Below, piece after piece: positions 1 through 10,544 of a stretch of 64,000 bases of DNA. Source of the DNA: Thermoplasmata archaeon (GTDB lineage Archaea; Thermoplasmatota; Thermoplasmata; Lutacidiplasmatales; UBA184); contig JAKASE010000009.1 in NCBI GenBank assembly GCA_021819135.1, positions 15,408 through 79,407 of the forward strand. Direction: 5' to 3'. Each line of letters opens with the position of its first letter. The first letter of the stretch is position 1. Under the pieces are notes generated by a model. The model was not told the DNA's origin and made no database searches. It saw only the letters and a list, made by a program, of their open reading frames with translations. The position numbers were made by a program, and so were the translations under genes.

Positions 1-1107
<1,107 letters not shown>

Positions 1108-1111
1108 GAGG

Positions 1112-1393
1112 TCAGGGGGCGGGAGGGACGGCGTCCGGAGCGGCGGTCGCGTTCCTCAACTGCTCGAGCTCCCCGATCTGGCGGGCGTACTCGAACACTC
1201 GCTGGGCCTCCTCTTCATCGAGCCGGCTGATCGCGAACCCGACGTGCACGATGACGTAGTCGCCCACGTGGGCCTCGGGCGTCAGGGAGAGGGAGACCTC
1301 CTTGACGATCCCCCCGAACCGAACCCGGGCCATCCGCAGGTCCGGGTCGGCCGGGTCGATCTCCTCGATGCGGCCCGGGATTGCCAAGCACAT
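1112..1393 (-). CDS. hypC: hydrogenase assembly chaperone HypC
   Basis: 93 aa beginning [12 protein letters not shown], the hallmark HypC/HupF N-terminus (MC-x-x-x-P). The small size and position between hypD and hypF fit. Confidence 0.85.
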   Translation of the reverse strand: MCLAIPGRIEEIDPADPDLRMARVRFGGIVKEVSLSLTPEAHVGDYVIVHVGFAISRLDEEEAQRVFEYARQIGELEQLRNATAAPDAVPPAP

Positions 1394-1406
1394 CGTCCGC
1401 TCCCGA

Positions 1407-3755
1407 TCACTCCCCGCGGGTCCGGGACCGGCCCAACGAGGGCTGGGTCTTAACGCGAGCGGCGGCCACCACCTGACCGAGGGAGATCCCTCCGTCGTTC
1501 GGAGGAACCCGCGAGTGCACGACGGGCGTGAAGCCCTCGGCGATGAGCCGGTCCGTCGTCATCTCCGTCAGGAGCCGGTTCTGAAAGCACCCTCCGCTCA
1601 ACGCCACCGCATGTTCACCGACCCGGCGGGCGATCTCCACGATCCCCGCCGCCAGCCCGGCATGGAAACGGCGGGCGGCCCTCCGGGCCACCTCCCGTTC
1701 CCCGAGGACTCCTCTCACGGTCGGCCCCCAGTCGAGCACGAACCCTTCCGCCTCGGGGAGCACCCGGTACGGGTACGGCTCCGCGGAGGCGGCGTCCCCC
1801 GCCGCCTTCTCCGCCTCGAACTCTACCGCCATCGCCGCCTCCCCCTCGAAATCGCTGCGATGCACCAGCCCCAGGAGGGAGGCGACGGCATCGAAGAGTC
1901 GCCCCGCGCTGCTCGTAGGGATCACCCGCAACGACCGCCGGAGCATCTGCCGTATCGTACGGGCCTCCGCCGGACGGAAGGGCGCCATCGCGGGGGCGGC
2001 ATCGTCTAGCGCCGCCTCCCCCTCGAGCTCGTACAGCAGACCCGCGGCCGCGCGCCGAGGCTCTCGGATCGCCGCATCGCCTCCGAGGAGCGGGAATGTA
2101 CGCAGGTGGGCGACGCGCTCGAACCCCTCCTGGGTGATCCGGAGGAACTCCCCTCCCCAGATCGTCCCATCCGTGCCGTAGCCGGTCCCGTCCCAGGCGA
2201 CCCCGAGGACCGGCGGAGAGACTCCGGCGTCGGCGAGACAGGAAAGGACGTGGGCGTAGTGATGCTGCACCGGATGGAGCGGCAGCCCGAGGCCGGCGGC
2301 GTACCGCGTCGAGCGGTAGTCCGGGTGCAGATCGTGCGCGACGCGCTCGGGGGCCCAATCGTAGAACCGGCGCAGGTCCTCGACCGTCCGACGGAAGGCA
2401 CCGAGCGTCTCGGCGTTGTCGAGATCGCCGAGGTGCTGGCTCACTACGACGCGATCGCCGAGCGAGACGGCGACCGTGTTCTTCAACTGGGGACCCACCG
2501 CTAAGACCGACGGAAGGTCCGGACCGAGCGCCAGCGCGAGGGGGGCATAGCCTCGGGCCCGCCGAAGTACCTGGAGCCGGCCCCGGACCACCCGGACCAC
2601 GGAATCGTCGACCGGCCGCACGATCGGTCGATCATGGACGAGGAACCCATCGGCGAGCCCCCGGAGCCGACGTCGCGCCTCACGGTTGTCGATGCAGATC
2701 GGCTCGTCCGAGAGGTTCCCGCTCGTCGCCACGAGAGGAAGGCCAAGCTCCCGGAGCAGCAGGTGGTGGAGGGGCGAATAGGGGATCATCGTCCCGATCA
2801 GGGGATTTCCCGGAGCGACCGAAGGGGCGAGCCCCGTCGTCGACCCGGCCCGCGCGTCCAAGAGCACGATCGGGCTCGCGGCGGAGCGGAGAAGTCCCTC
2901 CGACACCGCGTCGAGCTCGGCCGAGGTCCGGACGGCGTCCAGGTCGGGGAACATCACCGCGAACGGCTTGCGCCCGCGGCGCTTTCGCCGCCGGAGCTCC
3001 TCCACCGCGTCCTCGTTGCGGGCATCGACCAGCAGCTGGAACCCACCGAGTCCCTTGAACGCGAGGATCCGGCCCTCCCTCAGCGAGCGTGTGGCCTCGG
3101 CGATCGCCGGCTCGCCGAGAGCGAGCGTGCTTCCTTCAGGGGACTCGAGGGCGACCGTCGGGCCGCACGCGGCGCAGGCCGTGGGCTGCGCGTGAAAGCG
3201 ACGGTCCGACGGATCGTGGTACTCGCGGGCGCATTCCGGGCACATCCGGAACCGCTTCATCGACGTTCGGGGACGGTCGTACGGCAAGCTCTCGATGATC
3301 GAGAACCGGGGACCGCAGTTCGTGCAGTTGAGGAAGGGGTACCGATAGCGTCGGTCCTGCGGGTCCCACATCTCGGCCAGACAGTCCGCGCAGGTCGCCA
3401 CATCGGGCGGAACGATCGCGCGGCGTGGCCCGGCGCTCGGGCTCTCGAGCACCCGGAAGCCGACCTCCGACGTCGTGGGGACCGATCTCGTTTCGACGGA
3501 GTCGACGCTGGCGAGCGGCGGCGCCTCGGACCGGACCCTTCGGAGGAACTCCCCCAACGCCTCGGGCCGTCCTTCCACCTGGAGGAGGACGCCCTCGGTG
3601 TCGTTCCACACCCAGCCGGTGGCACCGAGCTCCCGCGCGAGCCGGTAGACGAACGGGCGGAACCCGACCCCCTGCACCGTCCCCCGGATCCGGACCTCGA
3701 TCCGCTCTCGGGAGCCGGACGACGGAGCCACCGGTCCCGCCGTCCTCCGACTCAT
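1407..3755 (-). CDS. hypF: carbamoyltransferase HypF (hydrogenase maturation)
   Basis: 782 aa with an N-terminal acylphosphatase-like segment (VRIRGTVQGVGFRPFVYRLA). Two Zn-finger CxxC pairs follow (CADC...CTNCGPRFS and CPEC...CAAC), then YrdC-like and Kae1/carbamoyltransferase-like C-terminal parts. Length is typical for HypF. Confidence 0.9.
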   Translation of the reverse strand: MSRRTAGPVAPSSGSRERIEVRIRGTVQGVGFRPFVYRLARELGATGWVWNDTEGVLLQVEGRPEALGEFLRRVRSEAPPLASVDSVETRSVPTTSEVGFRVLESPSAGPRRAIVPPDVATCADCLAEMWDPQDRRYRYPFLNCTNCGPRFSIIESLPYDRPRTSMKRFRMCPECAREYHDPSDRRFHAQPTACAACGPTVALESPEGSTLALGEPAIAEATRSLREGRILAFKGLGGFQLLVDARNEDAVEELRRRKRRGRKPFAVMFPDLDAVRTSAELDAVSEGLLRSAASPIVLLDARAGSTTGLAPSVAPGNPLIGTMIPYSPLHHLLLRELGLPLVATSGNLSDEPICIDNREARRRLRGLADGFLVHDRPIVRPVDDSVVRVVRGRLQVLRRARGYAPLALALGPDLPSVLAVGPQLKNTVAVSLGDRVVVSQHLGDLDNAETLGAFRRTVEDLRRFYDWAPERVAHDLHPDYRSTRYAAGLGLPLHPVQHHYAHVLSCLADAGVSPPVLGVAWDGTGYGTDGTIWGGEFLRITQEGFERVAHLRTFPLLGGDAAIREPRRAAAGLLYELEGEAALDDAAPAMAPFRPAEARTIRQMLRRSLRVIPTSSAGRLFDAVASLLGLVHRSDFEGEAAMAVEFEAEKAAGDAASAEPYPYRVLPEAEGFVLDWGPTVRGVLGEREVARRAARRFHAGLAAGIVEIARRVGEHAVALSGGCFQNRLLTEMTTDRLIAEGFTPVVHSRVPPNDGGISLGQVVAAARVKTQPSLGRSRTRGE

Positions 3756-3942
3756 CGTCGCTCACGGCGCGGGGGTCGAACCATGGGCCGGGGTCGAATT
3801 CACGGAACGCGATGAAGTGTAGGGCCGAGCCTCTCGATTGCCCCGCGCGGCCGCACGGGCGGTGTTCGACGCTCCTCGAGTTCGGCTGCCGCGAGCGTTC
3901 GGGCCGAACGCGGGGCACCGGGGGTCGAGCGGATTTCACGAA

Positions 3943-3953
3943 GGTTAGTTATC
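3943..3953 (+). promoter_or_regulatory. possible TATA-like element (TTAGTTAT) ~20 nt upstream of the GTG start of the HdrD-like gene, in the divergent hypF / hdrD-like intergenic region
   Basis: The only AT-rich patch in the 3756-3968 intergenic region of a ~70% GC sequence. Its position is compatible with a leaderless archaeal transcript. Confidence 0.2.
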
Positions 3954-3968
3954 CGCGACCTGACGTCA

Positions 3969-5234
3969 GTGCGCTCATCCTTATCGGGTGTTTCAGTGGC
4001 CCTTGGTGAGGAAATCTCCCCATTGCCCGGGCTGTTGGGCATGGACCTTGACCATGTCCTCCTCTATCCCGAGGGGAAGAGCCTCCTGACGTGCATCCAG
4101 TGCGGTGTCTGCTCCGCGACGTGCCCGCAGGAAGCGTTCATGGAGTATCCCCCGCGGAAGATCGTCGCCATGCTCAAGGCCGGTCTGATCGACGAGGTCG
4201 TCCAATCCGGCAGCATGCTGAAGTGCGTCTCCTGTTACTCCTGTCAGGCGAAGTGCCCTCGACAGATCCGTCTCACGGACCTCCTCTTCCCGCTGATCCG
4301 CGGGCGGATGTTCGAAGGCGGGGGGATACCGGCCGAGCTGCAGAAGGCGTTCCTCGACGTCCAGCGCTATGGCAACCCCCTCGGCCGGAGCACGTCCGAG
4401 CGGAGCGACTGGGTCGCCCGGTCGAAGGTGCCGATCCGCATCCTCGCCGACCGGCCGGGGCCGGTCGACCTCCTCTGGAACGTAGAGTGCTACCCCTCTT
4501 ACCATCCCCGCGGTCAAGCGGTCGCCCTGGCGACGGCACGGCTCTTCCACCGGCTCGGGCTCGACTTCGCGATCCTGGGCTCGGAGGAGCGATGCATCGG
4601 CGACTGCGCCGGCTACTTCGGCGAGTTCGGCCTGCTCGACGCGCTCATCGAGCAGAACCTGACCACGTTCCGGAAGTACGATTTCCGACGGGTCGTGACG
4701 TCCGGCGCGCACGCGTTCAATGTCTTTGCGCACCACTATCCGGGCTACGGGTTCACGACCCCGGTCGAACCCGTGGTGGGCCTGATCGGCGAGGAGCTGC
4801 CGAAGCTCCGTCCGATGCTCAAGACGTCGGTCCCGCACAAGGTGACCTATCACGATCCGTGCTGCCTCGGACGGTGCATGGGGGCTTCCGCCCTGCGCTG
4901 CTACTTCGCTCCCCCGCGAAAGCTGCTGGAGGCGATCCCGGGACTGAAGTACGTCGAGATGGCCCATCACCACGAGAACTCGCTCTGCTGTGGCGGCGGA
5001 GGCGGCGGGATGTGGCTGGACACATACTACCGGGACCAGGGGATGGACCGGCTCTCCGAGCGCGTGGTGAAGGAGGCGGTCGCCGCCGGTGCGGACGTGC
5101 TGGCGGTCACCTGCGACTACGAGGTCTCCCGTTTCGAGGACGCGGTAAAGGTCCTCGGCTACGACCGCAAGATCGTCGTGCGCGACGTCCTCGAGCTGTT
5201 GGACGAGTCCGCCGGCGGGGAAGCCGCGGTCTAG
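3969..5234 (+). CDS. HdrD-like Fe-S oxidoreductase (fused HdrC/HdrB-type: 2x[4Fe-4S] ferredoxin motifs + two CCG domains), soluble
   Basis: Two [4Fe-4S] motifs (CIQCGVCSATCP and CVSCYSCQAKCP) are followed by two CCG signatures (HDPCCLGRC and NSLCCGGGGG). No hydrophobic TM stretch is visible. The start may instead be the ATG at 4041 (MDLDHVLLY). Confidence 0.75.
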   Translation: MRSSLSGVSVALGEEISPLPGLLGMDLDHVLLYPEGKSLLTCIQCGVCSATCPQEAFMEYPPRKIVAMLKAGLIDEVVQSGSMLKCVSCYSCQAKCPRQIRLTDLLFPLIRGRMFEGGGIPAELQKAFLDVQRYGNPLGRSTSERSDWVARSKVPIRILADRPGPVDLLWNVECYPSYHPRGQAVALATARLFHRLGLDFAILGSEERCIGDCAGYFGEFGLLDALIEQNLTTFRKYDFRRVVTSGAHAFNVFAHHYPGYGFTTPVEPVVGLIGEELPKLRPMLKTSVPHKVTYHDPCCLGRCMGASALRCYFAPPRKLLEAIPGLKYVEMAHHHENSLCCGGGGGGMWLDTYYRDQGMDRLSERVVKEAVAAGADVLAVTCDYEVSRFEDAVKVLGYDRKIVVRDVLELLDESAGGEAAV

Positions 5235-5249
5235 AGGCGTCGCGGGACC

Positions 5250-6029
5250 ATGGACGTCGTCGTCCTGATGAAGATGGTCCCCGATGCCGCCCAGAAGATC
5301 GAGGTCGACGCCGCGAGCGGTCAGCTCAAGGCCTCCACGCTGAACCTCATCCCGTTCGAGTCGGACGAGCATGCGCTCGAGGAAGCGCTGCTGATCAAGG
5401 AGCGCACGGGCGCGACGGTCACCGTGGTGACCACCGATCTCCCCGGGGGGGACGTCGCGCTGTGGACCGCACTCGCCAAGGGGGCGACCCACGCCCTGCT
5501 CGTGACCCGCGGCCGTCCGTACGAGCCCCGGAGCACGGGCGAGCTCGCCCGTATCTACGCGAAGCTCCTCGAGACGATCCCGCACGACCTCGTGCTCACC
5601 GGGGCGCAGGCGCCCGACGACGTGGAGGGAGAGCTCGGGGCGTTGCTCGCCGCTCAGCTCGGTCTTCCCTACATCAGCGTCGCGGTGGCGGTCCGGCCCG
5701 ACGAGGGGACCCATTCGGCCGAAGTGACGACCGAGCTCGGGGGCGGCCTTCGGTCGGTCTACGAATCCGCGCTCCCGCTCGTCGTCGGGATTCAGACCTC
5801 GGAGACGCCGCCCCGGTACGCTCCGTTCCTGCAGATCCGCGCCGCCCAGCGGAGCAAACGGACCCGTTCCGTTGCGGTCGAGCCGGTCCCCTTCGACCCG
5901 AAGGTCGAGGTGGTCGCCCTGCATAAGCCGGTGGCCGGGAAGGGGGCGACCATGCTCGAGGGAAGCCCGGAGGAAGTGGCCGGTCGTCTCGTGGAGATCC
6001 TGGCCGAAAAGGAGCTCGTCGGAGGGTGA
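5250..6029 (+). CDS. etfB: electron transfer flavoprotein beta subunit
   Basis: 259 aa starting MDVVVLMKMVPDAAQKIEVD, with ...ESDEHALEEALLIKE..., the typical EtfB N-terminal fold signature. Followed 1 nt later by etfA. Confidence 0.85.
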   Translation: MDVVVLMKMVPDAAQKIEVDAASGQLKASTLNLIPFESDEHALEEALLIKERTGATVTVVTTDLPGGDVALWTALAKGATHALLVTRGRPYEPRSTGELARIYAKLLETIPHDLVLTGAQAPDDVEGELGALLAAQLGLPYISVAVAVRPDEGTHSAEVTTELGGGLRSVYESALPLVVGIQTSETPPRYAPFLQIRAAQRSKRTRSVAVEPVPFDPKVEVVALHKPVAGKGATMLEGSPEEVAGRLVEILAEKELVGG

Positions 6030-6030
6030 C

Positions 6031-7017
6031 GTGGCCGACGTCTATGTCCTGGCAGACCTGGAACGCGGGAGGCCCACCGATCTCACCTTTGAGCTCCTGA
6101 CCGCCGGGAGGGCGCTCGCGAGCGACCTCCACGTTCCCCTGAAGGCGGTTCTCCTCACGAACGAAGCGGGGCTGATCGCGCCCTCGCTCGGCTTCGCCGA
6201 CGGCGTCGTCGCGATGAGCCACAGTTCCCTAGAGCACCGGAACCTCGAAGCGTGGTCCCGGGCGCTCCTGAAGATCCTCGACGAGAAGCCCCCGAAGGTT
6301 CTCCTCATCGGCATCTCGAACGGTCTCTTGGGACTCCCGTCGCTCGTCGCGGGCGCCCGAGGTCTGCCGCTGATCAGCCTCTGTCGCTCGGTGACCGCTC
6401 ACGGGGAGGAGATCGTGGGTGACCCCGTCCTGTTCGGGGGGAAGATCGAGGCCGAGGTCCACGCGAAGGGGGGGCCCGTGGTCGTCGCGGTCCGACCCGG
6501 GAGCTACTCCGCCGAACCGGCCCGGGTCCAGCGGACGGTCCCGGTCGAGAACGTCGAGCCGCCGGAAGCGCTGGAGACCCGTCGGGTGCACTTCAAGAGG
6601 TACGCCGATCTCGAGCAGACCGACGTCGACATCACGCACTGCGATGTCCTGATCTCCATCGGGCGGGGGATCCAGAGCCAGGAGAACATCCGGATCGCCG
6701 AGGAGCTCTCCGGCCTGTTCCGGAACGCGGCGGTCTCCTCGTCGCGACCGCTCGTCGACCAGGGCTGGCTCCCGCGGACGCGTCAGGTCGGGCGGTCCGG
6801 TATGACCGTGAAGCCCCGGCTCTACCTCGCTCTCGGCATCAGCGGGGCGCCCGAGCACATCGAGGGCATGAAGAGCTCGGAGACGATCGTCGCCGTGAAC
6901 ACGGATCCGAAGGCGCCGGTCTTCGAGTACGCCCACTACGGGGTCGTGGCGGACATCCTGACCTTCATGCCGCGGCTCGCCGAGCAGCTGCGGAAGCGCA
7001 AGCCGGTGGTCGCATGA
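6031..7017 (+). CDS. etfA: electron transfer flavoprotein alpha subunit
   Basis: GTG start 1 nt after the etfB stop. The C-terminal FAD-binding region reads ...ISIGRGIQSQENIRIAEELS...RPRLYLALGISGAPEHIEGMKSSETIVAVNTD, characteristic of EtfA. There is no N-terminal ferredoxin domain. Confidence 0.85.
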   Translation: MADVYVLADLERGRPTDLTFELLTAGRALASDLHVPLKAVLLTNEAGLIAPSLGFADGVVAMSHSSLEHRNLEAWSRALLKILDEKPPKVLLIGISNGLLGLPSLVAGARGLPLISLCRSVTAHGEEIVGDPVLFGGKIEAEVHAKGGPVVVAVRPGSYSAEPARVQRTVPVENVEPPEALETRRVHFKRYADLEQTDVDITHCDVLISIGRGIQSQENIRIAEELSGLFRNAAVSSSRPLVDQGWLPRTRQVGRSGMTVKPRLYLALGISGAPEHIEGMKSSETIVAVNTDPKAPVFEYAHYGVVADILTFMPRLAEQLRKRKPVVA

Positions 7018-7078
7018 CGTTGCGTTCTCCCCGATCGCGCGAAGAGCCGGAGCGGGGCCGGCCCAAGAGGAACGAGGA

Positions 7079-9091
7079 ATGAAGGAAGGCGAGACGCCCA
7101 GGATCGGAGTGTACGTTTGCCACTGTGGACTGAACATCGCCGGTGTGCTCTCGGTCAAGTCCCTGGCCGAGTACGCGGGCCGCCTGCCGAACGTCGTCGT
7201 TTCGCGGGACTACAAGTACATGTGCTCGGACCCCGGGCAGGAGCTCATTCGGCAGGACATCCGGGAACACGGGCTCAATCGGGTCGTGGTCGCCGCCTGT
7301 TCTCCGTTCCTCCACGAAGAGACGTTCCGACGCGTCTGCGCGAGCGCGGGAGTGAACCCGTACTTCTACCAGATGGTGAACATTCGGGAGCACGCGGCGT
7401 GGGTGCACTCCCACGAGAAGGAGAAGGCGACCCGGAAGGCCGAGGACCTCATCCGAGCCGGGGTCGCCCGGGCCGCGAAGCTCGAGCCGGTCGTTCGCCA
7501 GCGGGTCCCGATCCATCCGGCCGTCCTCGTGGTCGGGGGCGGGATCGCCGGCATCCAGGCGGCCCTCACGCTCGCGGACGCGGGCAAGAAGGTCTACCTG
7601 GTCGAGCGCGAGCCGACGATCGGGGGGCACATGGCCCAGTTCGACAAGACCTTCCCGACGCTCGACTGCGCCGCGTGCATCCTCACGCCGAAGATGACGG
7701 CCGTGGGGAACCATCCCAACATCACGCTGTGGACCTACTCGGACGTCGTGAAGGTGGACGGGAGCGTAGGCCACTTCACGGTGACCGTGAGGCGCCGCCC
7801 CCGGTACGTCCACGAGGACCTCTGCATCGGCTGCCTCCTCTGCATCGAGAGCTGCATCTATCCGGACGCCCGCGTCGCGAGCGAGTTCGACCTCGGGCTC
7901 GGGAAGCGCAAGCCGGTCTACATCCCGTTCCCCCAGGCCGTCCCGATGAAGGTCGTCTTTGACCCCGAGACGTGCATCGCGGTGAAGACCGGTAAGTGCA
8001 CGCGGCCGTGCGTCGACGTCTGCGGCGTCGAAGGGGCGATCGACTTCGAGCAGAAGGAGGAGTTCCCGCAGATCGAGGTCGGCACGATCATCCTCGCTAC
8101 GGGGTTCAAGACGTTCGACCCCCACCGTCTTCCGTTCTACGGGTACGGCCGCTACCCGGCCGTCTACACCTCGCTCGAGGTCGAGCGGCTGCTCAACGCC
8201 TCCGGCCCGACCGGCGGGGAGGTCGTCCTTCGGAACGGCAAGAAGCCCGAGGCCGTGGGGATCGTCCACTGCATCGGCTCCCGGGACGAGAACACGAACC
8301 GCTACTGTTCCCGGGTCTGCTGCATGTATGCGATGAAGATCGCGCACCTGATCCGGGAGCGCACCGGGGCCGAGGTCTACAACTTCTACATCGACATCCG
8401 GGCCCCCGGGAAGGGCTTCGAGGAGTTCTACGACCGGGTCCAGGAGGAAGGGGTCCACTTCATCCGGGGCAAGGTCGGGGACGTCACGCCCGAGACCCCG
8501 GACGGCAAGGGACGGGTCGTCGTCTCCGCGGACGACACGCTCCTCGGGCGGGCCCGGAAGATACCGCTCGACATGCTCGTCCTCGCGGTCGGCCTGGAGG
8601 CGCAGGCGGACGCGAACGAGGTGCGACGGCTGTTCAACATCACCTGCTCGGAGGAGGGGTTCTTCGTCGAACGGCATCCGAAGCTCGCCCCGGTGAACAC
8701 GTTCACCGACGGGGTGTTCCTGGCCGGGTGCTGCCAGTCCCCGAAGGACATCCCGGACTCGGTCGCCCAGGCCGGCGCCGCCGCGGCCGAAGCGCTCGCC
8801 CTCATCGATCGGGGCGAGATGGAGCTCTCGCCGAACTTCGCGTACGTGAGCGCCGAGGAGTGCTCCGGATGCAAGACCTGCGTCCCGCTCTGCCCGTACT
8901 CGGCGATCACCCTCGAACCGGAGCACGGCAAAGCGGTGATCAACCAGGCGCTCTGCAAGGGCTGCGGGGTGTGCGTGGCGGCGTGCCCCTCGGGCTCGAT
9001 CGGCCAGCATCTGTTCGAGGACGCGCAGATCTTCGACGAGATCGAGGCCTTGATCCAGGGCGTCGCGGCGAACGGGGAGGGGGCGCGATGA
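7079..9091 (+). CDS. hdrA: heterodisulfide reductase subunit A-like flavoprotein (HdrA)
   Basis: 670 aa with an N-terminal Cys cluster (VYVCHCG...). FAD-binding fingerprint VLVVGGGIAGIQAALTLADAGKKVYLVE. Inserted 2x[4Fe-4S] ferredoxin domain (CIGCLLCIESC...CTRPCVDVC) and C-terminal ferredoxin domain (CSGCKTCVPLCP...CKGCGVCVAACP). Confidence 0.9.
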   Translation: MKEGETPRIGVYVCHCGLNIAGVLSVKSLAEYAGRLPNVVVSRDYKYMCSDPGQELIRQDIREHGLNRVVVAACSPFLHEETFRRVCASAGVNPYFYQMVNIREHAAWVHSHEKEKATRKAEDLIRAGVARAAKLEPVVRQRVPIHPAVLVVGGGIAGIQAALTLADAGKKVYLVEREPTIGGHMAQFDKTFPTLDCAACILTPKMTAVGNHPNITLWTYSDVVKVDGSVGHFTVTVRRRPRYVHEDLCIGCLLCIESCIYPDARVASEFDLGLGKRKPVYIPFPQAVPMKVVFDPETCIAVKTGKCTRPCVDVCGVEGAIDFEQKEEFPQIEVGTIILATGFKTFDPHRLPFYGYGRYPAVYTSLEVERLLNASGPTGGEVVLRNGKKPEAVGIVHCIGSRDENTNRYCSRVCCMYAMKIAHLIRERTGAEVYNFYIDIRAPGKGFEEFYDRVQEEGVHFIRGKVGDVTPETPDGKGRVVVSADDTLLGRARKIPLDMLVLAVGLEAQADANEVRRLFNITCSEEGFFVERHPKLAPVNTFTDGVFLAGCCQSPKDIPDSVAQAGAAAAEALALIDRGEMELSPNFAYVSAEECSGCKTCVPLCPYSAITLEPEHGKAVINQALCKGCGVCVAACPSGSIGQHLFEDAQIFDEIEALIQGVAANGEGAR

Positions 9092-9546
9092 CCCCCGCGA
9101 CGAACGGGCACGACCCGAAGATCGTGTCGCTCTTCTGCAACTGGTGCACGTACATCGCCGCCGATTCGGAGGGGGTTTCGCGTAAGCAGTACCCGGCGAG
9201 CACCCGCGTCGTCCGTCTCATGTGCTCGGGCCGGGTCGACCCGCAGTTCGTCCTCGATGCCTTCGCGAAGGGGGCGGACGGAGTGTTGATCGGCGGCTGC
9301 CACCCCGGCGACTGCCATTATTCCGAAGGGAACTACAAGAACCTGCGCCGGTACTCGCTGCTGAAGCGCGTGCTGACGGAGTTCGGGATCGACCCCCGGC
9401 GGCTGCGCCTCGAGTGGATCTCGGCCTCGGAGGGCGAGAAGCTCGCGAAGGTCATCCGCGAGATGACCGAGGAGCTGCGCGCGCTGGGTCCGCTCAATCT
9501 GCCCGAGAAGATCGCCCGGCCCGAGGCCGTGGCCATGGAGGCGTGA
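9088..9546 (+). CDS. mvhD: methyl-viologen-reducing hydrogenase delta subunit (MvhD/FlpD-like)
   Basis: ATG overlaps the hdrA stop (ATGA). 152 aa with MvhD-type Cys pattern (FCNWCTY...MCSGRVD...GGCHPGDCHY). Confidence 0.8.
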   Translation: MTPATNGHDPKIVSLFCNWCTYIAADSEGVSRKQYPASTRVVRLMCSGRVDPQFVLDAFAKGADGVLIGGCHPGDCHYSEGNYKNLRRYSLLKRVLTEFGIDPRRLRLEWISASEGEKLAKVIREMTEELRALGPLNLPEKIARPEAVAMEA

Positions 9547-9551
9547 GAACC

Positions 9552-10544
9552 ATGGCCGAGAAACCGAAGGTGGCGTTCTACTGGTGTGCGAGCTGTGGCG
9601 GATGCGAGGAGTCGGTCGTCGATCTCGCCGAGGACATCCTCACGGTCGTGAGCCTGGTCGACATCGCGTTCTGGCCGGTCGCGATCGACATGAAGCGCAA
9701 GGACGTCGAGGCGATGGCCGACCGCTCGCTCACGGTCTCGTTCATCAACGGATCGGTCCGGACCTCCGAACAGCGCGAGATGGTCGAGCTGCTCCGCCGG
9801 AAGTCCGCCTTCGTCATCGCCTATGGCGCCTGCTCCCAGTACGGCGGGATCCCGAGCCTCGCGAACCTCCACTCGAAGGAGGAGATCTTCGACTGGGTCT
9901 ACCACGCCTCGCCGACGGTCGTGAACCCGGCGGGGACGGTTCCCCTCGAGCGGTTCGACGACGGCCACGGCCACACGCTGAAGCTGCCGACCTTCTACGA
10001 GACAGTGCGGGCCCTCGACCAGGTCATCGACGTCGACTTCTATCTCCCGGGCTGCCCGCCCACGCCGAAGCTCCTCAAGGAGGCGGTGCTGGCCCTCCTC
10101 TCGGGGAAGCTCCCCCCGAAGGGGACGGTCCTCGCCCCGGACGTGGCGTTATGCGACGAGTGCCCGAGGCGGGCGACGAAGCCGGAGAAGCTCGCCATCG
10201 CGAGGTTCTACCGACCGCATGAGATCGTGCCGGACCCGGAGAAGTGCTTCCTCGCCCAGGGGCTCCCCTGCATGGGCATCGGGACGCGGAAGGGCTGCGA
10301 GGCGCTCTGCATCCACGGCAACATGCCCTGCACGGGGTGTTTCGGACCGACGAGCCGCACCCGGGACCACGGGGCGAAGATCCTCTCGGCCCTCGCCTCC
10401 GAGGTCGACGCCACGGACGAGAAGAAGATCGAGGAGATCCTCGCCGGCATCCCGGATCCGGTCGGGACGTTCTACCGGTACGGGATCGCCTCGTCGATGC
10501 TGCGTCGCAAGATCGTGGAAGGGAACGGAGGGGTGAGCGCATGA
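9552..10544 (+). CDS. mvhG: F420-non-reducing [NiFe] hydrogenase small subunit (MvhG)
   Basis: Starts MAEKPKVAFYWCASCGGCEES, the proximal Fe-S cluster motif of NiFe-hydrogenase small subunits. More Cys ligands follow (CPPTP, CDECPRR, CMGIGTRKGCEALCIHGNMPCTGCFGP). Confidence 0.85.
   Translation: MAEKPKVAFYWCASCGGCEESVVDLAEDILTVVSLVDIAFWPVAIDMKRKDVEAMADRSLTVSFINGSVRTSEQREMVELLRRKSAFVIAYGACSQYGGIPSLANLHSKEEIFDWVYHASPTVVNPAGTVPLERFDDGHGHTLKLPTFYETVRALDQVIDVDFYLPGCPPTPKLLKEAVLALLSGKLPPKGTVLAPDVALCDECPRRATKPEKLAIARFYRPHEIVPDPEKCFLAQGLPCMGIGTRKGCEALCIHGNMPCTGCFGPTSRTRDHGAKILSALASEVDATDEKKIEEILAGIPDPVGTFYRYGIASSMLRRKIVEGNGGVSA

Noticed and set aside
3993-5926. Two 600+ aa ORFs (3993-5924 minus, 4091-5926 plus) overlapping the HdrD-like and etfB genes
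   Set aside because: They are alternative frames or antisense of genes with clear family motifs. Their amino-acid composition is Arg/Pro/Gly-biased, with no motifs.
6965-9010. 681-aa minus-strand ORF antisense to hdrA
   Set aside because: HdrA on the plus strand has unambiguous FAD and Fe-S motifs. This is an antisense GC artefact.
7996-9087. Upstream 360 codons of the ORF-track entry 7996-9546
   Set aside because: Only the last 152 codons (from ATG 9088) match MvhD. The upstream part is an alternative frame of hdrA.
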